This document shows, in pieces, positions 24,957-36,353 of a stretch of DNA of 64,000 nt. Origin of the DNA: Flaccisagitta enflata (lineage: Eukaryota); contig OZ231126.1 of assembly GCA_965153355.1 (NCBI GenBank), positions 36,890,001 to 36,954,000 of the forward strand, given 5' to 3'. The stretch's first letter is position 1; the number at the start of each line of letters is the position of its first letter. Made by a program: the position numbers and the translations under genes. The notes beneath the pieces are model-generated. The model was given only the letters and a program-made list of their open reading frames with translations. It did no database searches and was not told the DNA's origin.

Positions 24957-27257
24957 CTCCCCCTGGGGTTTTCCAAAAAAGTTTCGAGAGGGGGGGCAAA
25001 ACCAAGGGCAACATATATATAAAAAAAAGAAAAAAAAAGGGGGGGGGGATCGGATAAGGATGGGGACACACAAACGAACCAGCACACACCACTCGCACAT
25101 TCCCCCCATGGGGACGAAGGGTGCTACTGCTCCGCAGCTTGCTCAAAATACAAACACCCCCTTCCCGTCCCCTTACCCGACCATGCTACCCAAATGATAA
25201 AATCGGCGACAAAACTACAGCTAATTCAAATGGCAAATTCAAATAACAATTCAGATAATATATCAATGAGACGCACCCCTACCCCCATCAAGACCCACCA
25301 CCCACTGTCTACAGGGCCGGCACCCAATCACCGACCAAGGTGGCGCCGCTGCCTTAGGCACAGTTCCAGCTTATGTCATTATCAACGTTACCATCGACGA
25401 TGAACCAACAGCTTCACGGCGGCCTTGGGGCCTTGCTGCGCAACTACCAGGACAGTGAAAGAAAAAAGACAGGAACCAACCCTCACCCTTAGTGGACAGA
25501 CCCAAGGGATATAACCAACGACTAACGACCAAAGAAGGCCTGAAACATAACCACTAAAGGGACCATCCACGCCCGGGGTAAATATGGAAACCTGCCCTTG
25601 GGGCCCGCCCAACAAGACAGGAAGGGGAGGGACTCAATAAAGGGCAATTCAACGCACACCTCCCTCTATCTCTCCCTTGAAAATCTCCCCCCCCCCTCAA
25701 CAATGTGTAACTACCCCAACCACACCGCTGTCCGGGAGTATAATCACTCGCGAATGGATGAGGCTTCTTTTGTTGAGACATGGGGATCATCGAGCAGACA
25801 AGGGCCGCCGCCAAATTGTCAATTAACTTGAACGCCCGCACGAAAAAGTTAATGTCACCATGGCTGCCAAGACGAGACACGAGAGAGTCGGCGTTGAGGC
25901 GCATTCACCTAGGTAAAAATGGGTGTGGGATGGGGAAGGGGGGTTTGGGGCCTTGTGGTATTTCCAGCCATGGGAACGTGACCAGAAACACATAAGGGAT
26001 TAAAAAGGAGCAATGATAGAAAAACACTATACCTAAAATAAATAATTAAAACCAAATTAAACGTGTAAATGACACGTTAACAACGGTTACGAGGATAAAA
26101 CGCAAAACGCAAAACGATAACACAATTACACAATAAAAACGCGACACGCAAAACGACAACGAGAACCAACAACGACACCCAATGAATAATAACCCAAACA
26201 CGAGACGAGCCCCCCAAAAACGCAAGGCGTAAAACAGGAAAAAAGGAAAAGAAAGGAAACGGAGAGGGACAGGGGGGAAAAAAATCAGCGCCAACATGAG
26301 AAAAGCAAGGCACAGAAAGAGAGAGAAAAAGAACAAAGCGCGCCCGGCGGGCAAGAGAGGGAAACGACACACCCGAACGCAAGAAGAAACGGGAGAAAAC
26401 AAAAACAAAACGAACGAAAGAAGAGACAGAAGAAGAAATAGAACGAGAGAGAACAAGAAACAGAAGAAGAAAGAGAACAAGAAAGAGAACGAGAACAAGA
26501 AAGAGAACGAGAAAGAGAACGAGAGAAAACAAGGCCAGACACATGGCCAAAACCAGCCACGGGTACAAAACAAAACAGAACGAGAAACAGAACGAGAGAG
26601 AACAAAAACACTACGCAAAACAGAACAAGGCCCATCACCTAAAATGACGATGACATAGAGCGCGGAAATCGATTTTCAACGAATCCTCTCCTTCTTTACC
26701 CCCATCGAACGTCGAGAGACGTAGCCAGTGGAGGAGGAGGAGGAGGAGAAGACGGAGGAAGGGAGATAGATCGGCGCCATCTTGGAAACGAATCGAGACG
26801 ACGAGCGCCGCCATCTTTCTTCCTGCGTGGGCCGGAAGTGATCACGCCCGCGCTCAAGCAATTGATAAAAACGTCCGGAAGCTACTGTAGGGTGAATATA
26901 AAGAAAACACACAAACAGAGGACGAAAAAACGTTATCAAAACACAAAACAGATAAGGGGCGGGAAAAGAAAGGGATATGCATTGAAGCGAATTGACACAG
27001 TATAATCATAATCAAGCAATCATCAATGCCAATCACTCTTTCAATTAAACTTATCCGTTTTAGAAGTGTTGATATGGAACGCATTTGAATGCATTCCATC
27101 GCCAAATCCAGCTGTCTAGGGCTACTCCACCGGACAAATGAAGGACCACCCAGCGGCTGGGGACGCGTCTGTTTGCAATCACGTGACTTGTAGGACATGG
27201 AGGGCGCATGAGCGGAAATGAGGCAAAGAAGAGGACAGAATGGATGGTAGGAGTGAA

Positions 27258-28436
27258 TCATTGATTAAAATTACGGCCGTGGAGGATTGTTGCATGGACT
27301 CGGCCGCACATTTGACACGTAGGTTTGTTGTTGCAGTTTTTGGCAGTGTGTCCCTTCTCTAGGCAATGGTAACAAAGTTCGCGCTTTGATAAAATGTCCA
27401 CCCTTGAATCGACAGAGACGTCCATTAAAATGGGGCATTGAAACGTCGCATGGGGATGGCTACAAATCTCGCAGAGTCCATTTGGCTGATGTTGGTCGTG
27501 TATGGTGGAATCTTCTTCGGGCGGCGCCTGATATCTTTTGATAATTGCCCATCGTGACACCAACTCTACCAAATTATGGTAGTTATAACCTCCCCGGCCA
27601 TCTTGTTTTGATTCAAAGTCCTCCGTCCAAAATTTGTCAGCGAGATGAGGGATCCGGTTGTTGAGAATGTCACGAATTCTGTTTTCTCTATGACACATCT
27701 CTTCCTCTCCACACACCCTCGCAATCTTCTCAGCCTTCAACAATTCCGCATATAGGAGAAAATGGGCCCTGTAATCATGTGTTGCGATTGGAGGAGCGGA
27801 TGCGATTCCATCAAGCAGGGCGCCCACCATGCTTAACTCCCCCTGGAATATCATATCCATCCGTTCAAAACACTTCTCCAACTCAACGGCGGCAGTCTCT
27901 GCTGTCACACCGATTGTCGCCGTCATGATGACATCAGCTACAGGGCCACTAAACCAATGTGGTAACTCCAAGAGCATGTCCATTTCCGTAATTCCCTTAT
28001 TATTTGCCGCCTCCAAAAATCTCCGTTTCAGAATAATGTAATCTGTGGGCGTCAAGGATGTATGCGGTGTTCTAGGCCGTGCCTTTTCCAAATTCTTGTA
28101 GCCAATTTCTCTCCATCGAATGAAATTATCCGCATGGGAAGCTGCAAGGAATTTCTCAAAAGCGCCATCTGACAAGGATTGATGGGCTAAGCCCTGTCGA
28201 GCTGCTTGAGCACCCGTTTGACGCCGCGTTAAAGAAGATGGAGGAGGAGGAGGAGGAGAAGGATTGAGATGATGGCGATGGATTTGTGTCATCTGAGGTT
28301 CGCGGTAATCTGTGTCTGTCGGGCGTTCCTGGGGTGGTTGCTGATGTCGATGACCACCGCCGACTCCTTCCGACTGCTCATGATCTCCATTCACCTGCCT
28401 GACAATCTCACCATCACCATTCGCAGCTCTAGCCAT
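27258..28436 (-). CDS. gag: BEL/Pao-type Gag, C-terminal part
   Basis: CEICSHPHATFQC (CX2CX3HX4C), CYHCLEKGHTAKNC (CX2CX4HX4C), CQMCGRVHATILH (CX2CX3HX4H); the frame stays open upstream to about 28574. Confidence 0.85.
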   Translation of the reverse strand: MARAANGDGEIVRQVNGDHEQSEGVGGGHRHQQPPQERPTDTDYREPQMTQIHRHHLNPSPPPPPPSSLTRRQTGAQAARQGLAHQSLSDGAFEKFLAASHADNFIRWREIGYKNLEKARPRTPHTSLTPTDYIILKRRFLEAANNKGITEMDMLLELPHWFSGPVADVIMTATIGVTAETAAVELEKCFERMDMIFQGELSMVGALLDGIASAPPIATHDYRAHFLLYAELLKAEKIARVCGEEEMCHRENRIRDILNNRIPHLADKFWTEDFESKQDGRGGYNYHNLVELVSRWAIIKRYQAPPEEDSTIHDQHQPNGLCEICSHPHATFQCPILMDVSVDSRVDILSKRELCYHCLEKGHTAKNCNNKPTCQMCGRVHATILHGRNFNQ

Positions 28437-29137
28437 CCAATCACCTTTGACCTGACATCGCTGTTGATGATGTTGTTGACGAGCCTGTTGAGACGCTGGT
28501 GGTTGCTGATGGCGCTGCTGGAGCTGCTCGTGTACCGGCTCCTGCGTCCATCCGTGGAGGAATGATGCGTTGGCCTAACATCCCGCTGCTCTAACGCGCC
28601 ACCTAATCCACCTCGATTCAGGGCATCCAAATTCATGCGCTGCGATGTCTTGTCAATCGCTTCCGCACCCACCCCCAGCTTATGAGGGGCACGTTGGCGA
28701 TATTTAAGGATCTCCTCCGTTGTCGGGAAATTGTCGGAATACAAGTCTGTTGCGAAAAATTTCATCTTAGCCCATTTGTTGCGCACAGTTTTCAGGCTAT
28801 TTGCAGAGTAAGTCCACAAGTCATATGCACCATCAAGCTCGCCCGATTTCGAAATGTCGTTGGTTTTAGCGAGGTAGCGATATACAATTGCTTGAAGACT
28901 ATCACGCGCAAAGTCTGAATCTGCGGCCGCCATTTCGTCGTCTGGGTTGGTTACCACGTCGTTAAAGGCCATTTGAGCCTCGTTGAGGGCAACCACCACA
29001 TTTGCACGCATCTCACGCAGCTCGACGATGAGTTCATGCTGGCAACCCGCAAAATATGATGCCAAGGATGAAATTGAGGTGTCATGCACACCTCCGCCAT
29101 CCATCGTTGCCGATGGAACAGACATTTTAGCGTCCAA
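28391..29137 (-). CDS. Upstream ORF of the LTR element, probably the helical N-terminus of Gag offset by a -1 frameshift
   Basis: 248-aa ORF starting about 430 nt after the 5' LTR and overlapping the Gag frame. Confidence 0.6.
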   Translation of the reverse strand: MDAKMSVPSATMDGGGVHDTSISSLASYFAGCQHELIVELREMRANVVVALNEAQMAFNDVVTNPDDEMAAADSDFARDSLQAIVYRYLAKTNDISKSGELDGAYDLWTYSANSLKTVRNKWAKMKFFATDLYSDNFPTTEEILKYRQRAPHKLGVGAEAIDKTSQRMNLDALNRGGLGGALEQRDVRPTHHSSTDGRRSRYTSSSSSAISNHQRLNRLVNNIINSDVRSKVIGWLELRMVMVRLSGR

Positions 29138-29549
29138 TGGAAACTGGCGCGATAACGTTTTTAGAGTCCATTTTGCTTGGACGTAATCACTTGCTTAATT
29201 CACGTCGAAATTCAGAGTCAGTTAAGCATCACCCGACGGTTTTTAGCACGCAGAAAATGGACCAGGTTCGCTACCACCGACCATGTCAAAGTTCAGCGTC
29301 AGTTAAGCATCACCCGTCGGTATTTCGCGTGCAAGATCAGGTTTGCTACTACCGACGCCAATGCACGTGGGGAAAGGCGCACATACATTTCGACGATAAA
29401 AGGACGATTCATCAGCGATTTATCAACGCGTGTTTCTCTCATTGACATCACGTCCCGGCGCCCCGGCGCCTGGGGCCGTCACTTAGCATGACAGCAGCCT
29501 TGGGTCAGGGCAGGAGACACGAATAGACGAGTGAAGACGGCGTCGATTT

Positions 29550-29563
29550 TTAATAGATTTTAC
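29550..29563 (-). promoter_or_regulatory. Candidate self-priming primer-binding site, complementary to LTR positions 29737-29750
   Basis: ttaatagattttac (29550-29563) is the exact reverse complement of gtaaaatctattaa (29737-29750) and abuts the LTR edge; no TGG tRNA-type PBS at this junction. Confidence 0.7.
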
Positions 29564-30058
29564 TGTGAATTTACGGCATAGTTTCTTGCCGTCGGTTCAC
29601 GCTTTTAACGATTCACATGTCTATTTAGCTGAGCGTGAACATGTCCTTATTTTGTCTAATTTGCATATTGAGGTATGGATGAAATGTAAAGCCCGTCGTA
29701 ATTCTACATAGCCGCCGATATGTCTATTTTTGTGGAGTAAAATCTATTAACGGACAGTTTGCCACCACACCTCTCAAAAAAGACACTAAATGGAACAAAA
29801 AGAGAGAAAAAATTAGTGCACAGATCGAGATAAAACGGTAAAACGATAAAACGATAAAACGATAAAAACGATAAAAATGACGCGATGACGATAAAAATGC
29901 CAGGCAAAAAAGATAAAAAAAAATGCACATTCCCAGGACGAAGGAGCGACGGAGAGTAAAATTCAAAGCAACTCCGTACAGCTACAGAAGCGACACAAAA
30001 GGGAAAGGGAAAGGTGACAAAAAAACGGCATCGCTAAAGTCAACAAAAGACACATTTT

Positions 30059-30063
<5 letters not shown>
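29564..30063 (-). repeat. 5' LTR
   Basis: Direct repeat of 24457-24956, upstream of gag on the minus strand. Confidence 0.92.
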
Positions 30064-30139
<76 letters not shown>

Positions 30140-33100
30140 CACACGCACACACACACACCCACAGAGTTACCTCACTAACTTTAACTTCCTTACTATCAAT
30201 TGCAATTGCCTCCAGCATAAATTCAGATTGAACAATTATTAAGAAATTGAACAATTCAAGTAGAATACACTACTTACTGTCAAAGAAATACAACGAAGCA
30301 TTATAACGCGTTGGAAATTATATTTATTTCTATGCTTACATTACCAATTAAACATGAACTGAATAAAAATTGATACTGAGTTGGTAGCTCTTGTGTTGGT
30401 TACGCATATTCAAAGAAATATTTTTTTCTGCAAATATATCATGGCATATCCACACCCCGTCATTATACCGCCAACGGCCAACGTCGTAGGTCATCAACAA
30501 AGATAACTTTTATTACAATTAAGTTTCAAGTATTTCAAGTTAGCGTTTGAATATTATAACAGGAAAGACAGAGTGGAGAGGATATGAATTCTCAAAATCA
30601 CGAAAAGATCTATGTAAAAAAGAGTCTAAAAAAAGACTAGCAACTCATACATTAAGGCTCTATGACGTAAGTAGTTAACGTTGAAAGACTAGGTTCAAGC
30701 CCATCTACTGATGAAGACGTTTTATTTTTTGTTTTTGTTTTTTAGTTTTATTCACAACGACGTAGTCTCATCATGAAAGCCAATGGTAAACTAAAAAAAT
30801 ATCTACAAGTTTCTTTTTCGCATGAGAAAAAAACATGCAGATCGTTGTACAAGTTTTCGTTTTTGTTTTATACAATCCGTAACAGTTGTGATGGCTCATC
30901 TAAGGCTAACATAACATCGATAGTCAAATGAATAAAAAAATACTAATTTGAGCTAAACGAATTACATAAAAAAAGGATTTAGCTATGAATCTTTGTATGA
31001 AATTTTTTTCCTCTTGAAAATGACAAAACAAACGAACGAGTCCACTTGAATTAAATCCATAATTTGAGTTAAAGATGATGGAAAATCGAGGGGTTTTTTT
31101 AGGTGATGCTAGTTTCAGACCAAAAAGCACCAAGTAATTGTATCCTTGCCTTCCCAGCTTCTCTACACTTGAAATTGTTTATTTTTACCTTTAGCACGTA
31201 GTAACAGAAATTTCAATTGATCACAAAACTAGTATACAAAATTAGTATAATTGATGAATCGTCATGAAAGACGCATCTTAGGAGCATGCACTTAGAGACA
31301 AATCATGGCACTAATCCTCAAAAACACAAAGAAATAATTGACAGAGAACAAATTCAGAAATATCATCCGACAACTTTTGAAACAATCGGAATCTGTACAA
31401 AAAAAATACAAGTTAACAGAATTAGATCGTAGCAACAAGCAACAACAATAAATAACTTGAAAATTCTTCATTTCTTTTATAGAAATAGCATTTTGCAACT
31501 CCCACGCAAATCATGGTGGTTAATAATTTGCTTTTCTTATGATTCTTTTTTGTTCTTCTTCTGGCCCCACACAGGAGAATTTCTGATTTTCAATGGCGAC
31601 TGAAATATACAACCAGAAGCACCATCGAGGATATCGTATTGTTTGCATGATCAAAAAACGAATCAAAATGAAACTTTTTTATCGTAGTAATAATTTGTAT
31701 CGCGGTACATCGAGTTAGATAGTGAATTTAAGTCCGAATCGACATCCTCAAAGGTTAAAATCTACCGCAGACGTCAAAAGCCTCATAGAGTGAATTACGT
31801 TCCACGTAATTCAACATTGTACAAGTGGGGACAGTAAGCCCACGAAAAGTGAATCTAAAATTTGAAAAAAAGATCTTAGAGCGATAGGAAAAGAATGTCA
31901 TATAAACCTGATGATTGATCAATGCGTAATAGGAAGAGAATTCAATAAGGTGACTTTGTGTTAGGAAATTGATTGTCAAATTTTGAATTATTTTCTTATA
32001 GTATAATTGTAAATATATGGTAGTAGATCTATTTTCAATTTAGATAGGAATCATATTCGAATTTCGATTGAATAATATGGCCGTAACAACGGCATGATTA
32101 AATTTCATGATATTTTCGTGTTTAATTGCATCTTGATTGGAAACAGTGATAATAGTTTATTTGTAGAAAAAAAAATTATGTACACAGTGCCGAGCTACGC
32201 TTAAAGTCTTTGCGAGCATCAGTGCTTCTTTCTTCAACTGAAATATTAAATTTGCTCTATGATATGTTGAAATACTATTTCAAAACTCAAAAATACAATT
32301 TTGTGTTTAGTTGTCAAATAGAAATTGATAGAATTGTTAGAAAAGGAATATTCTTTTTGTCTCACTTAGCCTTTGTTATCATTTCATCCAAAGATTGTCG
32401 CTCGAAAAAAAAAAAATGAGATGGAGACAATGTCATCGGATCAAACATGACACGACATGACATATACATGTCGGGCCCCTAAAAATCAACTATCATACAG
32501 GGTCAAAATGGAGGAATGAAAAAAGGTTCTCAATCGGTGATTGTATAAAATCTAACTATGTTTGGAAATATAGAATAAGTATCAAAATAAGCACAGGAGG
32601 TTAAACCGATGACACCAAATTACTGACAGTTTTTCGTTCAAGCTCTCAGAGCCGAATCAAATTGACGCATTCGAAAAAAAAACGTTGCAAACGGCTGGCG
32701 ACACGTTTGTCCCATATTTTTCTTTTTCCGCACCCAACCTAGGCTTACAAGGATCGGGCTGCTTTTTTTTCGATAATAAAACAAAAATCTTTTCGGCATC
32801 ATTGAAAATCTACATATTTCGAAGATTATACTTGAGTTGATCGATTCAGCTCGCGAAGGAAAGTTCTTTTTCTTTCAATTACGTCATGAAGATTGAATTT
32901 TGTGTTGTACGGATGTTCGTAGAGAAGCATGCGCATGCGCGCGTGGGGTCGGGGCCTCGGATCACAATTGTAATTACGCATACTCGGGTGTCAAGGGAAT
33001 GTACAAAAAAACGTTGTTTTTTTTCATTGTTAGATTCGTTTTTGTTCTTCCGATAAGTTTAGAGAGAAGAACCACGAGCAAAACTGAGTGGAATTTGCAT

Positions 33101-33158
33101 TATTCCGTTGCCAGGCATTTTCAATTATTTTTCATGTACATTTATCTTCCGTGTCTGT

Positions 33159-33261
33159 TCAAGCGTCTTCGTGCAGATCTTCAGAGATGCTCTCCTCGGT
33201 CTCGTCTCCCGCTTCAATTCCTTCGTCACTCCCTTCCTCAAGATGATTCCGTAGCAGGTAG
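33159..33261 (-). CDS. Terminal exon of unidentified minus-strand gene (YLLRNHLEEGSDEGIEAGDETEESISEDLHEDA*)
   Basis: Acceptor ctctcgttgcag, phase 2 matching the upstream exon, TGA stop. Confidence 0.7.
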
Positions 33262-33328
33262 CTGCAACGAGAGAAAAAATAGGGACAATAAAAGCTATAA
33301 GGGGTGATGGTGGAAATACTGCTGTTTC

Positions 33329-33425
<97 letters not shown>

Positions 33426-33534
33426 ATTGTTGTTGTCATTGTCATTTTGATTGTCTTTATTGTTGTCGGCGTCGTTTTCGGCGTCGTTGTCGGCGTAATC
33501 ATCGTCATCGTCGTCATTGTGTTGCAACACTTAC

Positions 33535-33727
33535 CCGTAGTGCCCATGGTTATTCCTGCCAATGACGCCATTGGGGACGCCTTCTTCTCCTCCGCTTGAG
33601 GACGCCGCAGTGGCGAGCGCGTGTCCACCGGCGTTGAGAGACGCCGGAAGACCGGCGCCGTAATCCAGCGGGGCCGCCGAAGATTGCGATCGAGTCCGGT
33701 TACGCCGAACGGAACCCAAACGTTGAC
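33535..33727 (-). CDS. Internal exon (GQRLGSVRRNRTRSQSSAAPLDYG...HGHYG)
   Basis: Acceptor ccttttag, donor GG|gtaagt, phase 1-2, GC-rich open frame. Confidence 0.72.
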
Positions 33728-33784
33728 CTAAAAGGAGCAGTCAATTTTAAAAAGCTTGACATTTACAAAAAGAAAAAAAAAAAC

Positions 33785-33940
33785 CAACAAGACCGGATAC
33801 ACGACCAATAAGTAATCGCTGGCGGGTGGGCAGGGGCAGCAACGCGAGTGGGCAGTATGAGGGTGGGCGGGGGCTATTTTGTGGCCGGGCAGGAGCCGTG
33901 ATGCTTAGAAATTAGTATTTCAGCCGATTTCGCATCATCC
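33785..33940 (-). mobile_element. HINE-like 3' fragment
   Basis: aacaagaccggatacacgaccaataagtaatcgct..gggcagggg; a similar fragment lies at about 12992-13150. Confidence 0.6.
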
Positions 33941-33999
33941 ATGCACACAAAGACCTACACACACGCGCACACACACACACGCGCATACACACAGACACA

Positions 34000-34241
<242 letters not shown>

Positions 34242-34289
34242 CTAAAAAACATGGATAAATCATTTATGATAAATAAATTGCTCGGTGGC

Positions 34290-34382
<93 letters not shown>

Positions 34383-34408
34383 GAATAAATGGCTCGGTTG
34401 TTGTTGTT

Positions 34409-34478
<70 letters not shown>

Positions 34479-34548
34479 CTGTAACAGTTTTTTCTTTTGT
34501 TATCATTATTATCATTGTTGTTGTTGTTGTTGTTGTTGTTGTCTTTGC

Positions 34549-34635
<87 letters not shown>

Positions 34636-34726
34636 CTTTGCTGTTGTTGTTGTTTTTGTTTTTTAACTACCATTTCTGTTTTCGTTATTACTGTTGCTGT
34701 TATTGTTGTTGTTGTTGTTTTTGTTT

Positions 34727-34768
<42 letters not shown>

Positions 34769-34800
34769 TCTTGTTGCTGTCATTGTCTTTGCTGTTGTCA
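34290..34800. repeat. (GTT)n/(GTC)n microsatellite block
   Basis: Direct reading. Confidence 0.9.
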
Positions 34801-34856
34801 TTGTTTGTTTTTTTGTCGCATCACACATGAGCATCAGAGTATGCCTCCGAAGTTAC

Positions 34857-35121
34857 CTGGTGGGTAGATGTTGGTAGCATCGCCGTTAACGATTTTAGTC
34901 GGTCCGTTGGTGACCAGCGAGTTGGTCGGTCCGTTGTGCATCGGGCTCTTGGAATCGTCGTGATGCGATTCTGGCGGGGCTCCGACGAACGGATTGAGCG
35001 TTTGCGTGGGGCTTCCGCCCGAAGACCCGCTGCTGCAATACTCTTCCTGAAATTTCTCCAGTTGATGCTGTAACAGTCCCACCGTTTCAGCGAGAGTGGC
35101 CAGATCCACTGGGGGAACATC
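34857..35121 (-). CDS. Internal exon (DVPPVDLATLAETVGLLQHQLEKFQEEY...TNIYPP)
   Basis: Acceptor attttgtag, donor CAG|gtaact, phase 0-1, open frame. Confidence 0.72.
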
Positions 35122-35254
35122 CTACAAAATCAAGGAAAACAATTGGATGATGATTGATGAATATTTTGTGTTTTGGCCAACCATAATTTTGTAGTTTTAT
35201 CGATGTATTTCAATTTATCTTAAATTAAGCGAGGGAAAGTTCTACATAAAACGC

Positions 35255-35639
35255 TTTTTTTAGTCACGTGCACGCGACTCTACAACCCGCTTTGTAGGTA
35301 CGTCGGTCCAACGGTCCGTCGGTCAAACTTTATTTTTTTATTACTGAAAGTCATTTTAGTCATTTTAAGTTATTTTAGGTCGTTTTTAGTCATTTTTTTG
35401 TAATCTTAAGTCATTTTAAGTCATTCTAAGTCATTCTTAGTCATGCTATTTCATTATAAGTTGTTTAAAGTCATCTTAAGTTATATTAAGTCACTTATGT
35501 CAATTTGGTCAATCTATTCATTTAAGATCGCTTTATGTCTTTTTAAGTCATTTTCAGTTATTTTAAGTCATTTAAAGTCAATTTCAGCCATCCTAAGTTA
35601 TTCATGTCCCGCACGCGACTTATAGGTGTTGGCCTTGTT
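35255..35639 (+). mobile_element. HINE-like element with degenerate 10-bp aagtcatttt array
   Basis: Head tttttagtcacgtgcacgcgactctacaacccgct and tail gcacgcgacttataggtgttggccttgtt, as in 53544-55131. Confidence 0.85.
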
Positions 35640-36048
35640 ATCTTAGCAAACAGTGGTCATTCACTCCAAAAGGTTGAAAAGTAATGATGTCTAGGATTCA
35701 TTTCAGTGATTGAGTCGAATACGACAAAGCTTTCCTGGTCTTTGAAGATGTTTGATATTTTCTAAGTACTACTTGGTTTTAACTCAGTTTTCAAAAATAT
35801 TAGAACTATACTGCTATGAAGCATTGGCCACACAAAATGTGAAAAGGAATTTAATAACATTTCTACTAAGTCGAAGAAGGAAATGTTATGTAAAATCGGC
35901 GTTATTCAAGCGTATTTCGCTGCTCATTTGATGTTTTATACCTCGCGATCAAATAACGAAAACGAAGGCCTGGCGAACAAAGATTTTAGGGTTCAGTCAC
36001 AGACTTGCATAAATGCAGACAATCAATTAATTAGTCCCTGAACTGTTG

Positions 36049-36049
<1 letters not shown>

Positions 36050-36095
<46 letters not shown>

Positions 36096-36112
36096 TAATC
36101 AATCAATCGATA

Positions 36113-36156
<44 letters not shown>
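36050..36156. repeat. (AATC)n microsatellite
   Basis: Direct reading. Confidence 0.9.
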
Positions 36157-36157
<1 letters not shown>

Positions 36158-36353
36158 CAATTATTAGATCTTACTACACGTATCTTTCAGTAAATAAATA
36201 GATAAATAATTAGATAAATAAATCAATGAATAAAAAGATAAATCAATAAAGAATACATCAATCAATAAATCAAACAATCATTACAGCTTTTATTTTTACT
36301 CTAAGAAAAAAAAGATCAAATTCCTCTGGGGTCGGCGCTGGTAGCATCCGCTG

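Larger units (their letters stand above)
24457..30063 (-). mobile_element. Non-autonomous (gag-only) BEL/Pao-like LTR retrotransposon, 5607 bp
   Basis: Two 500-bp direct repeats starting TG and ending CA; Gag with triple zinc knuckle; no protease/RT/IN ORF; short purine tract agggggag before the 3' LTR on the minus strand; inserted within (CA)n. Confidence 0.9.

Noticed and set aside
26046-26658. Hydrophobic 190-aa and 163-aa ORFs after gag as a possible env
   Set aside because: They derive from a low-complexity pyrimidine-rich tract that is open in several frames; no signal peptide, ectodomain or fusion-protein pattern seen
29380-29415. Hammerhead-like ctgatga...gaaa on the minus strand
   Set aside because: The intervening sequence cannot form stem II and no flanking stems are evident
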